Shown one piece after another: positions 1 to 8,587 of a DNA stretch of 64,000 nucleotides. The notes below the pieces were generated by a model. That model saw nothing but the letters and a program-made list of their open reading frames with translations, searched no databases and was not told where the DNA came from. Made by a program: the position numbers and the translations under genes. Numbering within the stretch: position 1 is the first letter of the stretch; every line of letters starts with the position of its first letter. This stretch comes from Spirochaetales bacterium. Lineage in GTDB: Bacteria > Spirochaetota > Spirochaetia > SZUA-6 > RPPD01. The stretch is taken from contig JAFGGG010000021.1 in the NCBI GenBank assembly GCA_016930675.1, positions 38,905 to 102,904 on the forward strand. The letters run 5' to 3'.

Positions 1-552
1 TGATTGAGGCGCGTTACATAGCGTTCCAGTTTCGGAGATATCCCTTCTTTGCCGCTTCCCCCCAGTTCATGCAGCTGATTCTCCAAGTTCATCATGGTCT
101 TGGTATTCAAGGAATAACCGGTGCTTTTTAGCGCGGGATAAAGATTGGGCCAGTACTCCTGCTCTAAAGTATTCAAAGCGCCGAACAACCTGCGTATTTC
201 TTCATTGGCATCTTTATGAAAATTGAGATCATTATATTTCATGATTTTTCTTTTGTTTTCTTCAAAAACTTTATCGGCAAAACTCTTTTCTTTTACATTA
301 TTTGTTTTAATCTCTTTATTAAGGTATTTCTCTTCAGCTCGTTTTATAAGCTCCTTGATCGCGCTAATTTCTGCAAGTAAAAAACTGGAGATGTCTACGT
401 TATTTTTAAGCGCCGCGAGATAACGCTTTTCAAACTCGCGCTTATAGGAAAGCGATTTGAAAAACTTATAATGATACTCGTCATATTTTTTCCTTATCTT
501 TGCGACCACATCTGTAATCTCCGAAGGAGTGAGCTTCTTCATCTTCGCCATA
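1..552 (-). CDS. Hypothetical protein, 3' end beyond window start (N-terminal 184 aa visible: MAKMKKLTPSEITDVV...)
   Basis: Manually translated reverse strand from ATG at 552. Open with no stop to position 1. Absent from the ORF track, presumably because it is incomplete. No recognisable family from sequence alone. Confidence 0.5.
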
Positions 553-628
553 TTACTATTTATATGAGGAAATGCCTTTGTCTGTCAATAAAATATTTCT
601 TTGATTGTGCGGTCGGTTTCGCTGTAGT

Positions 629-1372
629 TTAACATCCTGCCAGCTTTTTCATTTTAGCAAGCACCGCGTCACAGTAGCTTCCGTCATCTAAATGAGCTTG
701 AATTTCTCTTATAAACGCCGAACCTACTATTACCGCGTGCACAAAAGGAGCAATTTTTTCGATCTGCTCTCTGGCTGAAATACCGAATCCCGCCAGCACC
801 TTAAGTCCAAAAGAGCCGCATTTATTTAAGAACTGTATATTTTCATCTCCGATCTCGGTAAAAGCGCCTGTTATCCCCTTTCGCAGCGCGGTATACAGAT
901 AAGCGGTGCCAAGGTCGGCTATACCTTTAAGGCGTTTGTCATCGATTGTGGGCGCGATCACAGGTATCACCTCAAGCTCCATAGCGCGTGCTTCCGCGTA
1001 TAATCCTTCATCAGTATCAAAAGGAAGATCGGGTACAATTAGCCCTCTGGCGCCGGCTTTTTTAGTATCGGATAAAAAATTCTTGATGCCTCGAGTATAT
1101 ACCAAATTACAATAGCTCATAATAAAAACCGGAATATCCGTCCGTTCAGTGATTCTCTTTACCAGCTCAAATCCCTTTTCCACTTTAAATCCGCTCATTA
1201 AAGCCGTTGTGCATGCTTCCTGTATCGTAGCACCGTCCGCAGTAGGGTCACTGAAGGGAAATTGAATTTCCAAAAAACCGGCTCCGCCCTGGATAAGAGC
1301 CTTGGCTATGCCTAAACTGGCCTCTCTATCAGGATAATACGCTACCAGATGCGCCATAATCTTATCAGCCAT
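629..1372 (-). CDS. trpA: Tryptophan synthase alpha subunit
   Basis: TrpA-like sequence (TIM-barrel motifs ...GFGIS..., MSYxN). The preferred start is the internal ATG at 1372 (MADKIMAHLVAYYPD), with a GGGAGGTGG RBS 7 nt upstream. It overlaps the trpB stop as TAATG, so the track start at 1405 is probably too long. Confidence 0.9.
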   Translation of the reverse strand: MADKIMAHLVAYYPDREASLGIAKALIQGGAGFLEIQFPFSDPTADGATIQEACTTALMSGFKVEKGFELVKRITERTDIPVFIMSYCNLVYTRGIKNFLSDTKKAGARGLIVPDLPFDTDEGLYAEARAMELEVIPVIAPTIDDKRLKGIADLGTAYLYTALRKGITGAFTEIGDENIQFLNKCGSFGLKVLAGFGISAREQIEKIAPFVHAVIVGSAFIREIQAHLDDGSYCDAVLAKMKKLAGC

Positions 1373-2589
1373 TACTCCACCTCCCGTTTTAAGAATGAGA
1401 ACCACGTTTCTTTATCTATGGCCTTTGCTAAAATAAACAGATCCTTATCCCCTCTGCCCGACATATTCACTATGATCGTCTTATCTTCAGGGTACTGTTT
1501 GGCTATTTTTAAGGCGAGCGCTCCGGCATGCGCCGATTCCAATGCGAATACTATGCCTTCATGCTCGGCAAAAAACCGCACCGCATCCAACGCTTCCTTA
1601 TCCGAAACCTCGATAAATTCAATCCTGCCGCTGCTCCCAAGAAAGGCAAGCTGCGGCCCGATGCCGGGATAGTCCAATCCGGCGGAAATGGAATGAGTGG
1701 GCAGTACCTGTCCGTCCTCATCAAGCAGGAAGTGTGATTTATATCCCTGCACAATGCCGGTTTTTGCCAATCCGGTCATACGCGCGGCATGTTCTCCCGG
1801 GCCTTTTCCCCTTCCTCCGGCCTCGGCACCGATGAGGCGCGGCTTGGTTTTTTCCAAATAGGGATAAAAGAAACCGATCGAATTTGATCCTCCTCCCACA
1901 CAGGCGATAAGCGCTTCCACATTCAATCCCTGTTTATCGATTTCCGCCTCCACCTCCCGTCCGATTATACTCTGGAATTCACGTACCATGTCGGGATATG
2001 GTGAAGGTCCTAGTGCCGAACCCAACAGATAATGGGTCGTGGGAAAGCTTGACGCCCAGTCACGCAGCGCCTCATTAACCGCGTCTTTAAGCGTGCGCGA
2101 GCCGCTTTTTACCGGCACCACCTCGGCACCGAACAACTCCATCCAGAATACATTAGGTCTCTGTCTGGCCATATCCACTTCACCCATGTACACTCTGCAC
2201 TCTAGGCCCAACTTGGCGCACATGGCGGCGGCGGCAAAACCATGCTGGCCTGCCCCGGTCTCCGCAATTATTCGCGTTTTACCCATCCGTTTGGCCAAAA
2301 GCCCTTGACCCAGCGCGTTATTAATTTTATGAGCTCCGGTATTGGCCAGACCTTCAAGTTTAATATAAATATGCGCGCCGCCGATTTTTTCTGTAGAGTT
2401 CTTGGCATAAAGCAGAGGAGTGGGTCGTCCGATATAGTCTCTGGCACCTAAAGCAAACTGCTCCTGAAACTGTTTATCGATAATAGCCTCTCGGTATGCG
2501 GTTTCCAATTCATCCAAAGGAGTATGCAGGATTTCCGCAACATAGCGGCCGCCGAACCGGCCGAAAAAGTTATTATAATACTTGTGCAC
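1372..2589 (-). CDS. trpB: Tryptophan synthase beta subunit
   Basis: Strong TrpB similarity (FGxFGGxYVxE, GAHKxN PLP-lysine region, GGGSNAIG). The likely start is GTG at 2589, with an AAGGAGA RBS 7 nt upstream, 17 nt inside the end of trpCF. The track start at 2670 would overlap trpCF by 98 nt. Confidence 0.88.
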   Translation of the reverse strand: MHKYYNNFFGRFGGRYVAEILHTPLDELETAYREAIIDKQFQEQFALGARDYIGRPTPLLYAKNSTEKIGGAHIYIKLEGLANTGAHKINNALGQGLLAKRMGKTRIIAETGAGQHGFAAAAMCAKLGLECRVYMGEVDMARQRPNVFWMELFGAEVVPVKSGSRTLKDAVNEALRDWASSFPTTHYLLGSALGPSPYPDMVREFQSIIGREVEAEIDKQGLNVEALIACVGGGSNSIGFFYPYLEKTKPRLIGAEAGGRGKGPGEHAARMTGLAKTGIVQGYKSHFLLDEDGQVLPTHSISAGLDYPGIGPQLAFLGSSGRIEFIEVSDKEALDAVRFFAEHEGIVFALESAHAGALALKIAKQYPEDKTIIVNMSGRGDKDLFILAKAIDKETWFSFLKREVE

Positions 2590-4006
2590 GTTCGATCTCC
2601 TTGAAATAGTGTGTGAGCTTCTCCGAATCTTTTTTACCGGGTTCCGCTTCCAGTTTGCTGGATGCGTCAATTAATTCAGGATTAAAGCGTGTAATAATTT
2701 CATGTATATTATGCGGTCCAAGCCCACCGGCCAGCCACAGTGCCGTGTGTTCCTTTGTCCTAAAAATCAATTCTTCAGAAAGCCTATGCCCTGTTCCGCC
2801 GCGCGCAGCTTCGGCATAGGCATCAATCAACACCCGCGGACAACGGTAGCCGGTTAAAGCGTCAACATCGCCCTTGGTTCTCAATTGAACCGCTTTATAG
2901 TAAGGAAAAGCGGCAGCAAAACAGGCAGCCGGCTGCTCATCACCGTGGAACTGAACGGCATCAAGATATTGCTCTTTAAGCAGTTTGCTTACCTGAGGAT
3001 CAATATCCGCATGGGCTTTGCACACCACGACTCCGACTTTTAGAATATCCAAATCCTTTAATTTATAAAGCAGCGAAATGTCTGCCTGTCGCGGTGAAGG
3101 GGCAAATATAAAACCCAATGCATCCGCTCCCAATCGTGCGGCGCGTTCCGCATCCTCTGCCCGTGTAATACCGCAGATTTTTACCAGAGGCCTGCCCTGC
3201 TGTTTACGCGAATAAAGTTTTTCCCAGAAGCTTCCCGCCTTAAGGGAATAGGAGGCCTGTATTTCTGCAATACATTCGGGATCACGCATAACTGCTTCTC
3301 CCACCAAAAGAGCGCTGAATCCTGAACTCAATGCAAAAAGCGCGTCCTCCTTGGACCAGATTCCCGATTCGAATACCAAATGAGTGTCCCATGTTATTCC
3401 CCGCTTTATTAAAAGCGGCAAAGTCAGATCCACTTTAAACGTGGAAAGATCGCGTGAGTTAATCCCGGTAAAGCGGGGTTTTAAATCAGCGGCCTTTTTT
3501 ATGTCAGCGTCGTCATGCACCTCAAGCAATACCGCCAATCCCAGCTCGCGGGCTTCCGTATATAAGACGTGCAATTGCTTTTTAGAGAGAATCGAGGCGA
3601 TAAGCAGTATCGCATCCGCACCCGCGCGGTGAGATATATGAATGTCTTCTTTTTCCAGTAAAAAATCCTTGCGCAATACGGCAAGATCCGGATAAGCCCT
3701 TTTTATATTGATAAGATCACCAAGTGAGCCTGAAAAATAATTGGGTTCGGTGAGCACGGATACCGTTTTTACTCCCTTTCCCGCGTAAACTCCCGCCTGC
3801 TGCACGGGATCCTTGTGCCGGGCGATATCTCCCTTGGAAGGCGAGCTGCGTTTTACCTCGCAGATTAAAAAAGGCGAGCGGTCGAACCGCGCAACCGGCA
3901 GATTACGTTTTTCGGGCACCGGACAGCCCAAGGCGAATCCTCTTTCCGCGATACACTTTCTTCGTTTCTGAACAATCTCATCTCTTATATTCATATAATG
4001 ATCCAT
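2573..4006 (-). CDS. trpCF: Bifunctional indole-3-glycerol-phosphate synthase / phosphoribosylanthranilate isomerase (TrpC-TrpF fusion)
   Basis: 477 aa. The N-terminal IGPS domain and C-terminal PRAI domain (KICGITRAEDAERAARLGADALGFIF) are the same fusion as E. coli trpC. Confidence 0.9.
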   Translation of the reverse strand: MDHYMNIRDEIVQKRRKCIAERGFALGCPVPEKRNLPVARFDRSPFLICEVKRSSPSKGDIARHKDPVQQAGVYAGKGVKTVSVLTEPNYFSGSLGDLINIKRAYPDLAVLRKDFLLEKEDIHISHRAGADAILLIASILSKKQLHVLYTEARELGLAVLLEVHDDADIKKAADLKPRFTGINSRDLSTFKVDLTLPLLIKRGITWDTHLVFESGIWSKEDALFALSSGFSALLVGEAVMRDPECIAEIQASYSLKAGSFWEKLYSRKQQGRPLVKICGITRAEDAERAARLGADALGFIFAPSPRQADISLLYKLKDLDILKVGVVVCKAHADIDPQVSKLLKEQYLDAVQFHGDEQPAACFAAAFPYYKAVQLRTKGDVDALTGYRCPRVLIDAYAEAARGGTGHRLSEELIFRTKEHTALWLAGGLGPHNIHEIITRFNPELIDASSKLEAEPGKKDSEKLTHYFKEIERAQVL

Positions 4007-4012
4007 ACATTA

Positions 4013-4094
4013 TCCCTCACAGAGCTCACAAAGAATACGGAGAAACAATATAATTTATATCTCTGTGTCTTCTGTATGCTCCGTGAGAAGCTTT
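4013..4094. repeat. Intergenic imperfect inverted-repeat element, copy A (CTCACAGAGCTCACAAAGAATACGGAG ... CTCTGTGTCTTCTGTATGCTCCGTGAG), between trpGD and trpCF
   Basis: The two ~27 nt arms are related as an imperfect inverted repeat separated by an AT-rich spacer. The reverse complement of this block aligns closely with 54178-54256, and more loosely with 59977-60037. Confidence 0.6.
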
Positions 4095-4102
4095 TTAAAT
4101 TA

Positions 4103-5701
4103 TTAACTCAACTCCTTACTCACCTTTATAATAGTTTCTAATGTAGACTTTACTTTTCCGCTATCCAAAGCGTCTTTGGCAATCTCATAACCCGCTTTTA
4201 TGCTTTCCGCTGTTTTTGAGATATACAGCGCGGCTCCCGCGTTAAGCAGCACACAGTCCCGGATGGCTTCTTTACCTTTACCGTCCAGAATTTCTCTGGC
4301 CAATTGAACGTTCCGCATGGCATCTCCTCCTAAAAGCTCTTCCTGAGTATAAAGCTTGATGCCGACCTCTTCCGGTTGGAACAGGTATTCCCTGTCATCC
4401 CCCTTTTCATTAACCTCCACAATATGGGTGGGACCCGATACGGACACCTCATCCACACCGTCCAATCCATGCACCACCATGACATTCTTTACTCCGAGCA
4501 TATGCGCCGCCTGCGCTTCGCTTTTACATAAATCTTTTGCGTAAATTCCGATAAGCTGCATCTTGGCTTCCGCCGGATTGGAAAGCGGACCTATCAGGTT
4601 CATAATGGTCTTCATGCCCAGCTCTTTACGCACAGGAACAGCATGCTTCATGGCTCCATGGTAAGCGGGAGCAAAGAGAAAGCAAAAATTGGTTTGTTCC
4701 AGCAGCCGGCAGGCCGCATCCGGTTTTAGATCGATGGTTATTCCCAGCTCCTTATAAAAATCCGCGCTTCCGCACAGCGAGCTTACCGCACGGTTACCGT
4801 GCTTGGCAACCGGAACACCGCAGGCGGCCACCACCAACGCCGCGAACGAAGAAATATTGAAGGTGCCTAACCCGTCACCGCCCGTTCCGCACATATCTAT
4901 AGCCGACTGTTTGGTAGGCAGAGGTACCTTCTTTTTTTTCAACACAGACGCAAAACCGGCTATCTCTTCCGATGTATAACCTTTGCAGTTAAGGGCTATT
5001 AAAAATCCAGCGACCTGGGAATTGTTTAAATTGCCTTCAGTTAACTCTTCCATAAATCCCTGCGCCTGTTCAAAACTCAGAGCTTCCAGCCTGGTTAGTT
5101 TAGAGAGCATTTCTTTAATCGGGTACGGTTCACGGTGGTAGTAGAGAAAGTTATTCAAAAGCCTCTTTCCGAACTCACTTGCTATGGATTCGGGATGAAA
5201 CTGTACTCCTTCCACAGCATACTGTTTATGGCGGATACCCATAATCTCCCCGTCATCCGCGTACGCCGTAATCTCAAACTCAGGCGGCAGGGTGCCCTTC
5301 TTTATGGCTAAAGAGTGATAGCGGGTAAAATCGGATTTTTTGGGCAGATTTCTGAACAGACCTCTGCCGTCCAGACTCATTGACTCCACTTTGCCATGCA
5401 CGATTCTTTTTGCGCTTACTATTTCCGCGCCAAAGGCGGCCCCGATACACTGGTGGCCCAGGCAAACTCCCAGAATAGGAATCTTGCCCGCGAAGTGCTT
5501 TACCATATCCACCGAAATCCCGGCGTCAAGCGGAGTACCGGGGCCCGGTGAAATGATAATAGCTTTGGGGTTTAAACTCTCTATTTTTTTAATATTGATT
5601 TTGTCATTGCGAAATACCTCTACCGGTTCGGGCGTAAGCTCGCAAATATACTGATAAAGGTTATAGGTAAAAGAATCATAATTGTCAATTATTAAATACA
5701 T
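4103..5701 (-). CDS. trpGD: Anthranilate synthase component II (glutamine amidotransferase) fused to anthranilate phosphoribosyltransferase (TrpG-TrpD)
   Basis: N-terminal class-I GATase (GVCLGHQ catalytic Cys, HPES) and C-terminal TrpD (GTGGDG..., KHGNRAVSS). Its start is 3 nt after the trpE stop. Confidence 0.92.
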   Translation of the reverse strand: MYLIIDNYDSFTYNLYQYICELTPEPVEVFRNDKINIKKIESLNPKAIIISPGPGTPLDAGISVDMVKHFAGKIPILGVCLGHQCIGAAFGAEIVSAKRIVHGKVESMSLDGRGLFRNLPKKSDFTRYHSLAIKKGTLPPEFEITAYADDGEIMGIRHKQYAVEGVQFHPESIASEFGKRLLNNFLYYHREPYPIKEMLSKLTRLEALSFEQAQGFMEELTEGNLNNSQVAGFLIALNCKGYTSEEIAGFASVLKKKKVPLPTKQSAIDMCGTGGDGLGTFNISSFAALVVAACGVPVAKHGNRAVSSLCGSADFYKELGITIDLKPDAACRLLEQTNFCFLFAPAYHGAMKHAVPVRKELGMKTIMNLIGPLSNPAEAKMQLIGIYAKDLCKSEAQAAHMLGVKNVMVVHGLDGVDEVSVSGPTHIVEVNEKGDDREYLFQPEEVGIKLYTQEELLGGDAMRNVQLAREILDGKGKEAIRDCVLLNAGAALYISKTAESIKAGYEIAKDALDSGKVKSTLETIIKVSKELS

Positions 5702-5703
5702 AG

Positions 5704-7119
5704 CTAAACCTCCAAACCAACGGCTTTTTCCATAGCCTTTAATTTATTCTCTGTTTCTTCGAATTCCTTTTCCGGAACCGAATCATAGACAATTCCCGCG
5801 CCGGCCTGCAGCACCAGTATATCTTTTTTCTTAAAACCGCAGCGAATGACAATACAACTGTCAAGATTGCCGTTCGGCTCCATATAGCCGACGATCCCCG
5901 CGTAAAAGCTGCGCCGCATTTTTTCTAATCCATCCAACACTTCAATCGCTTTGATCTTGGGCGCGCCGGAAACCGTTCCTGCGGGGAAGGTGGCCCGGAT
6001 GGCGTCGGCCCCTGTTTTTTCCGGTTTTAAATCACCCACTACTTCGGAAACAATGTGCATGACATGTGAATAACGTTCTATACCCATACTCTCGGTCACC
6101 TTCACGGTACCTGCTTTGCATATTCTTCCGATATCATTCCGGGCCAGATCAACAAGCATCAGATGCTCGGCCAGCTCCTTTTCATCGGAGAGCAGATCTT
6201 TTTCCAGGGACTGTTCTTCAGCCTGTGTTTTTCCCCGCTTACGGGTTCCGGCTATGGGTCTGATTAAAACCTGACCGTTTTTCACTTTAACATGGATCTC
6301 GGGTGAAGCACCGAAAAGCTGAAAACTGCCGCAGTCGATAAAAAACATATAAGGCGAAGGATTGAATGAGCGCAAGTTTCGGTAGGCATCCATGGCTGTA
6401 AGATCGGTTCGGATATATACCCTGCGGGAAAGTACACCCTGAAACAGGTTTCCCTTTATAATTTCCTCCCTTACCCGCTCAACTCCTTGCATGTAATCCT
6501 GTTTGTCCTGAGGATTGTGAATTATTTCAGATGTATATTCCTTTTTTGTCGAGGTCATAAAATTAAAATCCAAATCGTTTATTCTCTCTTCTATCTGCCT
6601 GAAAGCTTCATTAAGATCGATGGCATGTTCCTTGTAATTCAGACCCAGCAGGATTATGGTATCCGTATAGTGATCAAAAATGACAAAAATATGTCCGAAC
6701 AAAAACAATGCATCGGGAATATTCAGATCATCCGGTTTTTGCATCAATTTGATAGTATCGAAGTGGCTGCAAAACTCATACGTGATATAACCTAATCCTC
6801 CGGCGGGAAAGGGGAAGTCATGTATCACATCCTTGTGCTGGTCCGCGAAGTAAAGAAGCGCGTCCAGAATATCCCTGCCCTGGCTTTTTATCTTAAAATT
6901 CTTATTGTTTTTTCTGAGGAATATACTGTTGCTTGTCTGGTACACTCTGAATGCCTCTTTTACCAGCATGAGCGACCAGCGCTGTCTGCCTTTGGCAAAC
7001 GAAGCCGATTCCAGCAGTACCTGGGCTTCGAGTTTTGTGGCCAGAGTATAGGGAGTAAACCTCTCCCCGTTTAAGGTTTTTATGATACAGTTGGAAAATG
7101 TTTTTACTGCTGTACTCAA
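5704..7119 (-). CDS. trpE: Anthranilate synthase component I
   Basis: TrpE chorismate-binding motifs are present (LVDLARNDIGR, GAPK, GAGIV). A strong AAGGAGG RBS precedes the ATG at 7119. Confidence 0.92.
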   Translation of the reverse strand: MSTAVKTFSNCIIKTLNGERFTPYTLATKLEAQVLLESASFAKGRQRWSLMLVKEAFRVYQTSNSIFLRKNNKNFKIKSQGRDILDALLYFADQHKDVIHDFPFPAGGLGYITYEFCSHFDTIKLMQKPDDLNIPDALFLFGHIFVIFDHYTDTIILLGLNYKEHAIDLNEAFRQIEERINDLDFNFMTSTKKEYTSEIIHNPQDKQDYMQGVERVREEIIKGNLFQGVLSRRVYIRTDLTAMDAYRNLRSFNPSPYMFFIDCGSFQLFGASPEIHVKVKNGQVLIRPIAGTRKRGKTQAEEQSLEKDLLSDEKELAEHLMLVDLARNDIGRICKAGTVKVTESMGIERYSHVMHIVSEVVGDLKPEKTGADAIRATFPAGTVSGAPKIKAIEVLDGLEKMRRSFYAGIVGYMEPNGNLDSCIVIRCGFKKKDILVLQAGAGIVYDSVPEKEFEETENKLKAMEKAVGLEV

Positions 7120-7274
7120 AATTACTTCCTCCTTTACTTATGAAAAAGCCGCCACTTACGGTGGTGATTAAAAAGATGGTCAATAAGACGGTGGCTTTTT
7201 CGCCTACTCTGCACCCCTACGGGGTGCTCCTCTACATACCACCAGCAAAGCTGGCGGTATGTAGATTTTCTTAA

Positions 7275-7372
7275 TAAAAAAAGCCGCATTCCCCCTTTAA
7301 CATAAGGCTTGCGGCTTATTATAAAAAATAAGCCGTAGACCCTGGAAAACATTTACACCAGAATCCGCGGCT
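7275..7372 (-). terminator. Tandem rho-independent attenuator terminators of the trp leader (T1 7330-7372 + U-run 7321-7329; T2 7281-7317 + U7 7275-7281)
   Basis: Read on the minus strand, T1 is AAGCCGCGGATTCTGG...CCAGGGTCTACGGCTT followed by ATTTTTTAT. T2 is AAGCCGCAAGCC...GGGGGAATGCGGCTT followed by TTTTTTT. Alternative pairings are visible. The Trp-codon segment GGTGGTTCTGG pairs with CCAGAACCGC. That segment can instead pair with GCGGATTCTGG, the 5' arm of T1. GGCTTATT, the 3' arm of T1, pairs with AATAAGCC, the 5' arm of T2. Confidence 0.7.
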
Positions 7373-7396
7373 TACAACTCTTGCGTGCGGTTCTGG

Positions 7397-7465
7397 TTAG
7401 TTCCAGAACCACCACCAATTCGCGACTGCAGAACATGAAGTAATAGATCTACCTGATATGTTCAT
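7397..7465 (-). CDS. trpL: trp operon leader peptide, 22 aa: MNISGRSITSCSAVANWWWFWN (four Trp in the last six residues)
   Basis: Hand translation from the ATG at 7465 to the TAA at 7397-7399. TGG TGG TGG TTC TGG AAC TAA sits directly in front of the hairpin cascade and terminators, ~250 nt upstream of trpE. It is not in the ORF track because it is too short. Confidence 0.75.
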   Translation of the reverse strand: MNISGRSITSCSAVANWWWFWN

Positions 7466-7472
7466 GTCCAAA

Positions 7473-7501
7473 TTGTTAAAGCATTCTCCTGTTTTTGTCA
7501 A
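7473..7501 (-). promoter_or_regulatory. Putative sigma70-type promoter for the trp leader (TTGACA-N17-TAACAA)
   Basis: On the minus strand: cTTGACA aaaacaggagaatgctt TAACAAt ttggac ATG. The -10 ends about 8 nt before the leader ATG, which implies a near-leaderless leader mRNA and is consistent with the missing SD. Confidence 0.4.
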
Positions 7502-7554
7502 GAGGTTGATGGATTTTTTTAAGAGATAGCGTATAATTGAATAGAGGTGGAAAA

Positions 7555-8538
7555 ATGAAATTCAGGTTAATCGTTTTTTTCTTTTTTACAATAACTCTGA
7601 CCATTTGCCCGGAAGACAAGGTCGATAAAGCCACAGCGTTATTGAAAAAGTACTCAAGCGAATCGTATTTTATTGTTTCCACATATAACGCATTACCTGA
7701 GGAGTTTATTATTGGCAATTCCCGTATCACCATAGGCAAGGGTTCGGGCAGTACTTTCCTTACAGGAAGTGATATACGCAGCTTACTTAGTTGCGTAAGC
7801 ACTTTTGTGCATGAGATTTATCACGCTTTTTCGGGATATTACCATTGGTCCCAGCCTGATAAAATCCCTGCGGGTCATAAACCAGGAGACAGGTATTATA
7901 GTTACTATCTGGGTAACGGTGAAGTTCTGATTGTAAAGATTACAAGGGGATTTTACACGGTAGAAATTGCCCCGCACATTCCTGAAGAGCTTCGCTTTAG
8001 CGATTACGGAATGTATATAAATACAACCGCTAAGATGCTCGCTTCCCAGCAATACGGCGTCTTTGGTCTGCTTGAAGAATGGAATGCCTATTATTGGAGT
8101 ACAAAATGCGCCCTTGATCTTTTGGGATATTATGAGGATGAAGCAGGATCCGATAGTGGTCTTTGGATATCATTTTTTAACGAGGTCTATTCTACGCTTT
8201 ATATTTTCCAGGAATTCAAATATTTTATTATCAAATATCTGGAATATGCCAGAAAAGTTCATCCGGATATATATCAATCCTTAATAAATAATAATGACTT
8301 CAAGGAAGCATATCATCGCATTCATGAAAATCATATCGCCGTCGGAGCCCAGTTTGAAAAAGAAAAAAACAGAGTATTCAAAAAATTAAGAAAAAAGGGA
8401 CTGGAGATTATTGAGCTGGAGACGTATACAACCATAAATAACACGGGTTTTTATCATTTTATGAATCGGTACAGGGCTTTTGAAAAGGAACTTAAAAAGC
8501 CGCAATTTGCTGCGGTGTTTGCAGATCTGGAAAAATAG
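7555..8538 (+). CDS. Secreted putative zinc metallopeptidase-like protein (HExxH motif: VHEIYH)
   Basis: Signal peptide (MKFRLIVFFFFTITLTICPEDK). GAGGTGG RBS before the ATG at 7555. One HExxH motif. Family not recognised. Confidence 0.5.
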   Translation: MKFRLIVFFFFTITLTICPEDKVDKATALLKKYSSESYFIVSTYNALPEEFIIGNSRITIGKGSGSTFLTGSDIRSLLSCVSTFVHEIYHAFSGYYHWSQPDKIPAGHKPGDRYYSYYLGNGEVLIVKITRGFYTVEIAPHIPEELRFSDYGMYINTTAKMLASQQYGVFGLLEEWNAYYWSTKCALDLLGYYEDEAGSDSGLWISFFNEVYSTLYIFQEFKYFIIKYLEYARKVHPDIYQSLINNNDFKEAYHRIHENHIAVGAQFEKEKNRVFKKLRKKGLEIIELETYTTINNTGFYHFMNRYRAFEKELKKPQFAAVFADLEK

Positions 8539-8587
8539 TAATTTCCTATATAACACCCCATATTGCCTCTCCACTCCCCGTTACCCT

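Noticed and set aside
223-423. 66-aa plus-strand ORF at the window start
   Set aside because: It lies antisense to a longer, stop-free minus-strand ORF (1..552). Low-complexity Phe/Leu/Ser composition typical of antisense artefacts.
629-7119. Numerous 60-120-aa ORFs antisense or out of frame inside the trp genes (e.g. 906..1115, 1528..1737, 2039..2308, 6487..6795)
   Set aside because: They are embedded in strongly supported conserved enzyme genes and have no RBS or conservation signal. Standard shadow ORFs.
7143-7200. Possible third hairpin + U-run (AAAAAGCCACC…GGTGGCGGCTTTTT) just before the trpE RBS
   Set aside because: Only a short (4-5 bp) stem can be drawn with a very large loop. Not convincing as a terminator. 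It may simply be a U-rich 5'UTR.
7134-7352. 72-aa ORF on the minus strand from the ORF track
   Set aside because: It lies exactly over the attenuator hairpins and terminators of the trp leader. Its composition looks like translated RNA structure (Arg/Lys/Trp-rich), and it has no RBS. Treated as non-coding.
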